A program made the position numbers and the translations under genes. DNA of 64,000 nt, from contig NOWV01000115.1 of the NCBI GenBank assembly GCA_003344405.1, positions 1 through 64,000 on the forward strand, read 5' to 3'. Shown here in pieces: positions 14,601 to 26,250 of this stretch (position 1 is the first letter of the stretch; each line of letters starts with the position of its first letter). Source of the stretch: Trichoplax sp. H2. Its lineage: Eukaryota. Under the pieces are notes generated by a model. The model was not told the DNA's origin. It did no database searches and saw only the letters and a program-made list of their open reading frames with translations.

Positions 14601-16972
14601 TAAAAGTAAATTGTTTATAGTAGGCACGATCCAATTATGAGCTAATTTGATATTAGGATCATATAAATTTAATATTTTTACTGTCAATCTAGTATGATCC
14701 AGTAACTGTGGACGAATTTATTATAACAAGTGTAAAATGAAAATTAATATTTAAAATAACAATTTTTTCAACCTAGAGTAGGTGACAAAATTGAAGAAAT
14801 ATAAAATTCGAAAAGAGGGATATTACTTATTAATATCTTGTATAATCCTGATAAAGCTATAAATTATATAAATAATCTTCCAAGTCTTAAAAATTATGTT
14901 GCGACTAATATTGTAATCGTGCTTGCAACAGTTAATTTCAATCAATGTATAACAAATGCTGAGTAGAATTGTGGTTGGTCTATAATAAACTTTATTTTTT
15001 GAAATTGCTGTTTTTGTATTGCTCTCAAATATAAGTAAAGCAGTAGAGGTTTGCGCTATTTGAACTAGGCTTCCATCACTAGACCAATAGCTTATCTTTT
15101 GAAGATGTAATTTAAAACTCTTATCCTAATATGGAATACTCTGTATCAACTACAAATACACCACGAAAGCATGTGTAGTAGTAATGGATACTACTGATGA
15201 GGATAAATACAGTACGTATAGATGTATTAACGTTGTTGCTATAGCAATATTTCCATTTCTATTAAAAATAGCAGCTTCTGGTTGTTATCCTTTTGCTGGT
15301 ATAAGTGGGGAACAGACTAGAGAGATGGAGAGACTGAGAAGGTAAATAAACCTGTAATCTAAATAATCATTTTGTTCGTTGGTTTTTAGTGATACCCTAT
15401 CAGTCTTTATATACCGCAATTTTTCATGACGTAACTTAGGCTTTATTAATATTGCGGCACTTATTGAAGTGAGATATGGTCTAGCACAATAATTTTGAGG
15501 ATACACTATATGAAATAGTTTTCTCGATATGTGTCAGCCATAAACGATATTTTAACACTTATTCAGGAAATGAAATAGCAATGTATTCTATAAGATTTTA
15601 GTGACGTCTAGATCATATTTTAATAATTTATGTGCTTCTAATGCAAGACTAAAATTGAATTTGCACGCATGCCTGTGTTATTCAATAATTTTGATGTGTT
15701 TTTAAATGATCTGATAGAATAGATAAAGTAGGATTTAGTATTTACGATAATTTGTTTTCCCGCTTCGGTAACCAGTGACAAAAAGCCTATTATACGTGCT
15801 TTTCTATACAGTAGAAAATACTAAATTATTGATAGTGTGTCAACCTGAAAACTGTAAGTTAGAGTATTCTGAGAAAGCAGAGGGCAAGAAAAATGTCATC
15901 ACTTCTTAATGTAATCAATTCTCATTGCTTCTTTTGCTATGAATAATGATTTGAAAACAAATATTGCCATTATGAACATTATTTTTTACCTCCTAAATTC
16001 TAGTCATACACGGTAACTCGGCAATATTTAGATCTACATTATACCCTAGAATCAGTATTTTATTTACGAAGGTAAAGGCGAAGAGCATCTGCTTATTTTA
16101 CCAAGACATAGCTTCTAAACACCGCTCTGACTCGATTCCATTTGAATTTGATATTCGAGGTTGGATCTAAAATAATTCTATCATATAGGCTAGAGATAAG
16201 CAATTTAAAATCTTTAATTGCCACAATCATAGTAAAGAGAATAACAATTAAAACTTTGGTAGTTTCTAGTATTAAAATTATCATTAGTATGAAACTCAAG
16301 CCGATCGTATATTTCACAAAATCAAGGATCATTTCACTGACTTTATAAATTCAAGGTTTTATTAAACTAGCGAAATAATAAATACAAAATTGTATTATAC
16401 GGTATTTTTATTCTTGTTACATCTATTGGACTCAGGCGTCAATTCTATAAGCAACTTATTTTGCGAAACGTGGAGAATAGAGATAAAATTTAATAATATA
16501 ATTGCCATTCAGTTTCGATATAAACGAAGCTGTTAAGTTGTAATTAACAAGACCAAGAGTATCGGTACGATATTAGCGTTTTGCATTGCTGTAATAATAA
16601 CTTGTCGAGAATTGCACTACCTTAGTTTATGTTACTAATTTAATTTATTCAATATTCAAATTCACATGGAATGGTCCATAGATAAATAGAAGATTTTAGA
16701 TTGGATTACTATAAGTTTGATTACGATAGTTCTATGAATTTTTTTACAGCATAAAATTGAACTGTAGCAATAGCCCTTATAGCGTATCAGAATTATTCAT
16801 TCTAAGAAATATTTTCATAACTTTAAACAAAAGTACCTGTCGGGAAAAAAAATAGCCTATTGACAGGTCATCATAGCGTAATTTAAAGTATTTTTGTTCG
16901 GAAAAGGAATTATATTTACCGTATTTAGTGAGATTCTTGATTAAGTTTTCTCGACGATGAAGAAATAAACGA

Positions 16973-19138
16973 TTAATAAATTTCTACGGTCTTATCATTT
17001 TCTTTTTTATTGGATAGTAATTGTAAATTAGAGTGGAGAGTTGAGGCATTCTTACGCATTTGATTAGCATCAGTAACATAATTTAGATTATCATACACTT
17101 TTGCTATATTATCGTATGCATCAGCTACAGTCGGATGATTTTCATCGTACAGTTGGATAAAGGCATTAAGAGACTCTTGAAACATAGATAGGGCATCAGG
17201 ATAGTTTAATTGCTGATAATAAGATTGCCCAAGGTTATGATAAGACTTGGCAACATCTAGATGAATGTTTTCGTAAATTTCTAATCTCATGTTTAAAGAT
17301 TTCTTATATGCTGATACCGCGTTACTATATTTATGTTGCGAATAATATACGTTGCCAATCTCATGATAGGAATCGGCAACATCCAAGTTACAATTACTCA
17401 AGATTTCTAATCTAATTGATAGAGACTTATGATGTAAAGATAAAGCCTTATTGTACTTTAGTTGGCTTCTGTAGACAGAACCAAGTTTATAATAAGATTT
17501 TGCCACAGCGCTACTAGCATTGCCCATGATGGCTAATCTTATGCTAAGTGATTTTTCTAACATTCCTATCGCGTCATTGTTTTTACCCTGGATGTGATAA
17601 ATTGTTCCGATTTCGTAATATAAGCTTGCCGCATCTAAATTATCACTACCTCGTAAGTCCAACAGTATATCTAGGGATTTTTGAAATCTTAATTTTGCAA
17701 GATCATATTGTTCGAGCACACAGTAGATATTACCAAGAGAACGATAAATAGCTGCTACATGTATATTTTTCATACCAAGAACGTCTAATTTAATTTCTAA
17801 CGCTTTTTGATATAATGATAGGGCATCATTATGTTTACCTTGCTTGGTGAGTATATTTCCAATTTCATTGTATGAAGCAGCAACATCCAAGGTATTGCTT
17901 CCTAAATCCGCTAACTTAATACTTAGACATTGCTGATGCATTTTTAAGGCATCGTTGTATCTTTGTTGCTTCATATAGATACTTCCAATTGCGTGATAAG
18001 AATCGGCAGCATGTAAATTATTATCATCCAACAATTTCAAAATAATATTAAGACATTTTTGATGCAGGGTTAGAGCATCATGTTGCTGATTATTAAGGTG
18101 AAAGATATTACCAAGGCAATAGTATGATGCTGCAATGTCTAAGTGATCATCTCCTAATATATCTAGTCGAATTTTCAATGATTTTTCGTGCATTGATAAA
18201 GAATTTTTATATTGACCTTGTATACCGTAGATAATTCCAATTTCGTGGTAAGAGGATGCTACATCTAAATGACTATTACCGACTATTTCCAATCTAGTTT
18301 CGAGGGATGTATTGTGTAATGCAAGAGCATCATTAATTTTACCCTGCCTCCAGTAGACGGCTCCCATTTCATGATACGAGTTAGCAACGGGTAAGCTTGC
18401 ATTGTCTAACAAACACAATTTCATGTTGAGAGATTTTTGATGCATTACTAAAGCATCGATGTATTGACGCTGTAAGCAGTAAATACTACCAAGTCGATGA
18501 TACGATGACGCAAGACGTAAATTAGCAGTATCTTCGAATAAATTCAATCTAATAGTTAAAGATTTGTTATAGAAGGCTAGAGCATTTTGATGCTTACATT
18601 TTTTCTTATATACATCTCCAATATTATCATAAGTATCACTAATATCAATATGGTTATGCGGTAAAATAAGTAACTTAATATCTAATGATAGATTAAAATA
18701 ATCAAATGCTTCTTGAAGGCTATTTTTCATAAAACTGATTTTTCCTTTTGCATCAAAGCAATTCGCAGTCCTGACACGATCATCCAGCTTGCTAGCTAAA
18801 ACTTCAGAACATAGAATATTCTCATTAGCTTGATCATATAAACCTTGTTCATGATATGTACTAGCAATTTGAAGGCCGATATCACATTGAAGTTCGTCTC
18901 GTTCATCAACAGCATCCATAAATGTATTTAACATATCATAGCTTCGTTGAAAATGGATTCTAGCTTTCTGGTAACAACCCTTTTCGAATAAATTATGAGC
19001 CGAAGTTAGAACTGATAGAATATCGTCCATTGCATTTTTACCGTTGAAGAAACTTCGCGTTGAACTGGATTGAATATGTTGAATTTTACGATTACCAACA
19101 TGTGGATACTTTGATGACAGGCTCACAATATCACCCAT
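16973..19138 (-). CDS. Intronless TPR protein, 721 aa, with ~14 repeats of 42-aa period (kinesin-light-chain/NPHP3-like)
   Basis: Repeated consensus HLDVAxSYHEIGxxYxxQxxYxDALxxHQKSLxIRLEILG throughout the ORF. Confidence 0.93.
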   Translation of the reverse strand: MGDIVSLSSKYPHVGNRKIQHIQSSSTRSFFNGKNAMDDILSVLTSAHNLFEKGCYQKARIHFQRSYDMLNTFMDAVDERDELQCDIGLQIASTYHEQGLYDQANENILCSEVLASKLDDRVRTANCFDAKGKISFMKNSLQEAFDYFNLSLDIKLLILPHNHIDISDTYDNIGDVYKKKCKHQNALAFYNKSLTIRLNLFEDTANLRLASSYHRLGSIYCLQRQYIDALVMHQKSLNMKLCLLDNASLPVANSYHEMGAVYWRQGKINDALALHNTSLETRLEIVGNSHLDVASSYHEIGIIYGIQGQYKNSLSMHEKSLKIRLDILGDDHLDIAASYYCLGNIFHLNNQQHDALTLHQKCLNIILKLLDDNNLHAADSYHAIGSIYMKQQRYNDALKMHQQCLSIKLADLGSNTLDVAASYNEIGNILTKQGKHNDALSLYQKALEIKLDVLGMKNIHVAAIYRSLGNIYCVLEQYDLAKLRFQKSLDILLDLRGSDNLDAASLYYEIGTIYHIQGKNNDAIGMLEKSLSIRLAIMGNASSAVAKSYYKLGSVYRSQLKYNKALSLHHKSLSIRLEILSNCNLDVADSYHEIGNVYYSQHKYSNAVSAYKKSLNMRLEIYENIHLDVAKSYHNLGQSYYQQLNYPDALSMFQESLNAFIQLYDENHPTVADAYDNIAKVYDNLNYVTDANQMRKNASTLHSNLQLLSNKKENDKTVEIY

Positions 19139-22100
19139 TTTTAGCAGTAGAAACAGCGTCGTAAAGGCACAGTTAAAGAAAAAAGCGAGAAGAAAAAATC
19201 AGAAAAGACTGAGCACTGCAAAAGTTTACAAATTCATTCTAGCATCGTATGACATCCAACTACCAAGCTTTGGAAAGGTAATAAATTATTTATTTTAATA
19301 TTGTGGCTAGTAGTTACAAAAATATAAGTTAGAAATTTTAGTATTGTAAATTATTCGTTCACTCATTTAAAATAAAGCATCCAGGGCGGAAAGCTGATGG
19401 TATTAATGCTACAGTAATGTCCTTAGATATTCAGCATCTGAAATCTCTGTATTTGTTATCATATCATCATTACTCTGGACAATGACAGTATTGGTAGTAT
19501 GAACATGGAGAAGAATATAAAATGAAGACAATAATTGTTTATTATAATTTCTTTTTTTTCTGAGCATGGGAATGATTACTTTTGTAATATAGCTATTGAC
19601 ACATATTAAAAATGCGAATTATTCTTTAATTTTTAATTATCGGAAATGCATTATGAAAGATTGTCTTTGAAAAGAATCAAAACAATATCCGAATATTTAT
19701 ATTTTTATCTCTGTGATTTATTTAAGACGATCGACATTTGTATAAAAAAGAAAAGGAGAAATATACAGCTATAATAAACAACTTGAAGAACAAAAACGAT
19801 CTACTTCATAAGATTGATAATTTATTTACCTAAGCGCTTGATTGCTCATTGCTCGACTATGGATTTAAAATCACTAATAGAATCTATGTTCGTTATACTT
19901 GGCATTCTGTATGGACGTACACTTTTTACTTTATAATTACAGGAATCCTTATTGTCAGGAATTGATTTTATTTCCTACATACTTCATGTGACCTTCTATT
20001 CATTAAATATTATATAATTTAACGAATAATAAATTAAACTAATTTTCAGGATAGATTTGCTCCGGCTATACTAAACAACACCGCCAGTATAGACAATTTT
20101 ATACTTTATAGTATAATGGACTGGAATCTATTTGTAATTTATACTTAATTAATTGATTGACGGATTGATAAATTGAAATTGGTTTAAGTTTATTGAAGTA
20201 AATCAATGCCTTTGTTAAATCTTGCCTTTGATTTCATTTATCATACAATTCTAGTAGTTTACCAGATAATAAAAGTATTTTAAGATATTTCATATTAAAA
20301 AATTCATATATTTACTTTCTTTGTTAACTATATTGGATGTCGAAATTGCAACATCTGACTAGCACACTCTTCAACGATAAATCTGGCAATTCATGTAATA
20401 GTGTCTTGTACGAGTAAACTGCTTCAGACTCTTGAGGAACAAATTTTTATTTGCTGAACAAAAGGAAAAAGAAACCAAAAATATTAGAATAGAAGAGAAT
20501 AAAGGTTCAGCTCGTAAAATTTGGAAGGAGAAATCTGAGGACGCAAAATGTACTTAGAATTAGTGCATTGCTAATAACTCAACTATGAAAAGGATTGTGC
20601 CGAACGCGAGCACTTTACTTTCATTTCTAACGAAATACCCTCTCCCTATAAAATCTGAAAATTAACCGTACTAGTACCGTATAGTATGGATTTTACTGAA
20701 GTAAATTAGAGTCCTATATAATTATAAAATGTCCTATATTCAATTTCATGATATAGCGAATTTAATTTCTATACATATATACTAGAAAGTTAGGGTATAA
20801 TTACAAGCGCCAAAGCAGAAAGACCAACAGGCAGGTTTACTTTCAGCTATAGCCACTCTGTTAACAGGCTAATAATATGTAGCCTTCGAATGCCTCATTA
20901 CGTATTAAATATCACTTTTCTGATTCATTATTCTACAGAATATAAAGCAATTAAAATAATAATTGGCTTATGTCATCATGCAATGATTAGAATTGAATAA
21001 AACGCTGTATGCAGTTTCCATTATTACATGAGCAATTTGACTTCCTGATAAAGAAGCCCTTGTTCTACGTACTGATTTATGAATACTGCGAGGAGCAATA
21101 GTCTGTAGTGTTTAATTCGTGGGCAACAAATAAAATGATTCCACGCTAATGCTATGCAATATGTAGTTATAACCATAGGCTATATTATATTCGTCCACTG
21201 TGGTACATTCGCAGTTATCATAGAAAGGACATATCTACCGTACGCAGAATAAGATTGTGTTATTATGCTATAATTTAATTAGCTGTTACTTTAGCTAAAG
21301 AAATCGTGATATTTACATAACTGATATAGACTGTCAATACCGAGTCAATTGCTAGCAAATCGATCGATGATAAAGCCTAAATATATTCAATCGATTATAT
21401 TTTAAATTTTTAATTATTATAGGTTTCAATTCTTTTTGAATAGCCGTTTTCGTTTGCTAACTTATAACCTATTCATTTAATACTTTCATATATCATATGT
21501 ATGGACAATCCTTTTTTCAAATACTGCATTGATGATTGATGGTGTAAAAATATGAAGTCTACTATCTGTGATTCCACCTAATTAGTGCGGTATAAGTATA
21601 TATCTAATTGCGCAATGTAATTCACGATTACATTATCCGACACTGTAATTATGCATATTACTATATATCCAAATTGATCGATTAATAATTATATAATTGT
21701 AATGTGAGTCTTTTAATTAGATAAAGAGAGTAGGAGTAGAAATAGTTTTCAATCGGAAGAGTGAATAGAAGAAGAAGTAGAGAAGTTTCCAATCAAAATG
21801 GAAGTAGGAATTAAAATATACAGCGTCTCTCTCTATTGTTCTTCATTTTGGCATGAATTTCGCTTAAATTTGTCTCCTATGCTAGTCTAAAATAGTATGA
21901 ACCTTTAATACAGTTGCTAGTATTAGTTTAAATGGCGATGCATAACAGATCATATGTTAATTAGGCCTTGCTTAGCTATACAATAATTGTACTATACGCC
22001 GTTTGTATAAAATAGACGTTTGTAGCTCAACCTCTAAATCAGCTTAGGATTAATGTTATAGAATTCTATAAAAATAATTCAAGTAATACCATAAACATAG

Positions 22101-24705
22101 GTTACTAGTACATAAGGATAATTCAATTCCTTAATCTATTACTTTACTATTGGAGAGGTTAGAAATGATGAAGTTTATCGTAACTGTGGCATCGATTATA
22201 ACTCACTTTCGGTATATTTGAAAAATTATCCGATGAAATCTAGGTACTTTAATATATTATTTTTTTTCAAGTAATGCAATATTAATATAGCATAGGTATT
22301 TATTTTACGTAATGGTACCGATTTCCTTATCTTTATACTACTACTTCTGCTTATTTCTTAGAAATCTCAATAGTGCAGTATATATTGGCATCAAAATAAT
22401 CTTCATCATCATATACTACTACCATACTAGGTATGGTCTGCTTGTCACGTAGTGCAAAATACCCGTAGTATTTATGCCTAGGGTAAATAATACTTTCTAC
22501 AAAGAGACATTTGGCCAAGAGATTCTAATGTACGCAATCTAGCTAGAACTCTATGTTGAGGAATTTTACGGGTTTCCATGGGTTCTACCAAAATCTATTA
22601 CTATCATTACATCTAATGCTACATTAAAATGTAACGCATGATACTATTCTGTACACTATAACATCGCGATTCCTTATTATATAGCTCAGAGACCTATTCA
22701 TGAAAGACTTCAATGCAACTTTTTAAAGACTATAAAATTCCCCTATTTGCATTCCAAAAGCTGTGTTTTAAATGGAGATATTTAGTGATACTGATCATTA
22801 AAAAGTAAATAAAATGAAGGTATTACTTATGCTGTATATACAAAGAGTCACTTGCTTGCTACTGATAAATCAATAAGCAAATTAAAAGCGAAATAGTTTC
22901 TCTGCGTCCATAATTATTTAATAGTGATATGCTAGTATACCTATGTAACGAATAGCCTTACTTAATGCTAGTTATGATTACTATAAGTTATCAGATTAAT
23001 TCTATACTGAACTTCGTTGATAAACTGCGAAACGTTGTAATGATTTCGTTTTGTTATTGATTAATTTCTAATGTTATATAAGTACTGTAGATTCGCTATC
23101 CCTCTCGAATGAATCGTAAATTCTAATATCTGTGACTTATTGTACTACTATTATTACTCAGTTTAAAATAACAATAAAGGCTGTTATTTGAAACATTATT
23201 AAGAATGAAAACTTCGTTACACCCTATTATACATACAGATTTAGTACTAGCATCTGACGGCAACTCTGATTCCACTGTGATCACATAATATCTAAAAGTG
23301 ATCGTAAAAGATCCGTAATAGTATTACGGTCCATCATTACCGTAAATAAAATATATTTATTCATATTTTTATCTAAAGTAGAGTTGTGATATGTTAAATC
23401 TTAATGGATTTCCATTAGCGACTCTGACGATTTAAATCATTTAATTAGAGCAGAATGTTTAATAGAGATTGTCACACTTGTTACTGTGAGTTGTTAAGTA
23501 ACAAGTCCAGTTGATTTGTTAATTGGAGTAAGAGTAGTAAGCTTTCAATATTAATTAGCAAATATCTATTCTATACTAATTTTCATAAATGCATTGTATA
23601 CAAAATCAAATATATCGTAAATAGGAAGATGTTATGGCTATGACTGCATTTTAGTGAAATGATATCTTTAAGTAGCATTAATCTAAATTTTAAACGTTTC
23701 AATGTCATCGCAGAGCGAAGCATAGTAGCTTAGCCGATATAGATCATTTTATTTATCGGTATACAAAATAAAAATACTATTAAAACAACTATTAAAATTA
23801 ACAGTATTAGCAATACAAGCGACAGATATCAAATATAATGATAATCTCGATATGTAGTGATTGAAACTTTACATGGAAATATGTTTTTTAATAAACCCCA
23901 GAATAGATGCAGGTGTATGCGGTTATGATGTCATTAAATACAATCCAAATAGATCAATATGCGATAATTTCGAAACCAAAAATATGAATTAGTATGATCA
24001 TCATATGAATCAAAGTCAGTATAAATTTATGTGTATAAAGTTTATTAACTAGTGAGATATATATGAAATTACTAGATGATAAGATACAATTTCAAATTTC
24101 TTTCAGTTTCGTTCTCAGCAAAGGATTTGCCTTCGTCACTATTTAACTTTAATCTTGATTTTGGGATATGACAGAGTGTAAAATTCTTTACTCTTTTCAT
24201 ATTGAGGGGTGTCGACATCTTTGAGTAGTACGACAGATTTTGATAGCTTTACACGCTTGTGTAATCTTTTAAACCTTGGGCGTTGCACAAGAAATCGGCT
24301 ATGATATTGACTGAGTACGTTTGTCTAAGATTGTAAAGACAAAATTTCATCAATGTAATGTCTTTTATTCGATAATTCAATCCATAATATGGGCTAATTT
24401 ATAATGTAATTACTATTTTCACTGAAATATGAATCTATTGAAGAGATGATCGCTATCCTTGCTTAATAATCCTAAATTTAGTTAGATACAAACTACATTG
24501 TTTAGCTTAATTTGTACATCAACCTACATCGCTTCTTCTTTATATCACTATTTTTCTCTTGCGTTTTTGGCGAATTGCTCGATAAGGATGGGATATTATC
24601 TTCATAGGTTAAAAATATGATATACTTCATGAGTAATATCGAGCAATCTAATCATGATTTTACTCTATAAATCACATTGAAAATAGTAATTGTTTCAATC
24701 AAGCT

Positions 24706-26250
24706 TTACTTACTTAATGATACTGACGGAAACAATTTTGGTTTGCGGCTTGATTTGCTATCGCTTCGAGGTGGCAATATATTAGCTTTATTGAAAATGC
24801 TAGAATGTCGACGATTACTTGTTTCGCCAGAGACGATTCCTAATTGATGACGGATTTTGGAAATGTTTTCACGGGTAACCAAAAGTGACGAATGACAGTC
24901 TCCTAAAATATCACGCTTAATTTCCGCGGCTTTCTCGCACATTTCCAATGCATCTTTCAACCTGCCTTGCATATAGTAAATAGATCCAATGCAATGATAT
25001 GAAACCGCTACTTCGAGAGCATGTTGGCCCAATAATTTTATTCTAATATCTAAAGCCGATTGATGAGATGATAAAGCAATGTCACAGTTATTTTGTTTCA
25101 AGTAAACATTTCCAATTTCGTGATAGCTGTCAGCAACTTGTAAATTCTTTTCACCTAATAGGTTTATACGCGTATTTAATGATTTATCAAACATCTCTAT
25201 TGCACTTTCATAATTTCGTAAAGAGTAATAAATTTTGCCAATTTCATGGCATGAATGAGCAACATCTAAGCTGTTCTTGCCCAATAAATCGATTCTGATC
25301 TTTAATGACTTCCTATGCATTAACAGTGCATCCTTATATTTACGCTGGCAATGAAGCACATTGCCAGTTTCAAAATAGGCTTGTGCTACTTCTAAATTAT
25401 CCTTGCCTTGGATTTGCTGGGCGAGATTAAGTGATTTCTGATGCATGGTTAAAGCGTTGTCAAAATTTTCTTGTTTTAAATAAACGTTTCCTATACAATG
25501 ATAGGAATCAGCAACAGGTAAATTGCTTGTGCCTAAAATTTCAACTTTAATATTCAATGATTTATGATACATGGCAAGTGCATTGTCATAGCGTTGCTGA
25601 GAGTAGAAAATATTGCCTATGTTATGATAGGATGCAGCAACGTATAAGTTGCTGTTACCTAGTACTTCTAACCGTATACTTAAAGCTTCTTGAAAAAGCG
25701 ATAAAGAAGTCTGAAAATCATCTTGTAAGTGATAAATTTCACCAATGTTTTCATAGCAATCAGCTACTTCTAAATTATTTTCTCCTAACATTTCCAGCTT
25801 CAGTTCTAATGATCTTTTGTAATCTTTCAATGCTTTAGTATACATGGCCGTCATTTTCTTCATTTTGCCTCGACAATCGTAACATTTTGCTAATCGCACT
25901 TTATCACTTAGTTTACGAGCTAATTTTTCAGCTTGATTACAAAATTCCGCCGCTTGTGCATGACTATGTTGTTCACAATATGAGATTGAAATATCGAGAT
26001 AGATATCACATTGTGCTTCGTCTGCTTCAATGGTAATCTGATAGGAACCAACTATGACATCAAGTGCTTCTGTATAAGTTGATCTTGCTTGCTCGTAATA
26101 GCCTTGTTGAAATTGGCGTCGACCAGCTAGGCGTAACGATTCCACTTTAGTAATAACTTTGCTACTATTAGCAACAGGATCGACGGTGGCTATCTTAGTT
26201 TGACTGTTAGAAAGAGATGGTTTAAGATATTGACTATACTCGCCTCCCAT
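24706..26250 (-). CDS. Intronless TPR protein, 514 aa, with ~8 42-aa repeats; tandem paralog of 16973-19138
   Basis: Same repeat consensus. Shared N-terminal block: QCDIYLDISISYCEQ...KLSDKVRLAKCYDCRG vs QCDIGLQIASTYHEQ...KLDDRVRTANCFDAKG. Confidence 0.93.
   Translation of the reverse strand: MGGEYSQYLKPSLSNSQTKIATVDPVANSSKVITKVESLRLAGRRQFQQGYYEQARSTYTEALDVIVGSYQITIEADEAQCDIYLDISISYCEQHSHAQAAEFCNQAEKLARKLSDKVRLAKCYDCRGKMKKMTAMYTKALKDYKRSLELKLEMLGENNLEVADCYENIGEIYHLQDDFQTSLSLFQEALSIRLEVLGNSNLYVAASYHNIGNIFYSQQRYDNALAMYHKSLNIKVEILGTSNLPVADSYHCIGNVYLKQENFDNALTMHQKSLNLAQQIQGKDNLEVAQAYFETGNVLHCQRKYKDALLMHRKSLKIRIDLLGKNSLDVAHSCHEIGKIYYSLRNYESAIEMFDKSLNTRINLLGEKNLQVADSYHEIGNVYLKQNNCDIALSSHQSALDIRIKLLGQHALEVAVSYHCIGSIYYMQGRLKDALEMCEKAAEIKRDILGDCHSSLLVTRENISKIRHQLGIVSGETSNRRHSSIFNKANILPPRSDSKSSRKPKLFPSVSLSK

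Noticed and set aside
23313-23329. Perfect palindrome ccgtaata-g-tattacgg
   Set aside because: Isolated 8-bp stem in AT-rich DNA with no associated TIR/TSD or second copy seen.
17548-25838. + strand ORFs inside the TPR genes (17548, 25068, 25557) and the - strand ORF in the GPCR (13747)
   Set aside because: Antisense shadows of real coding sequences.
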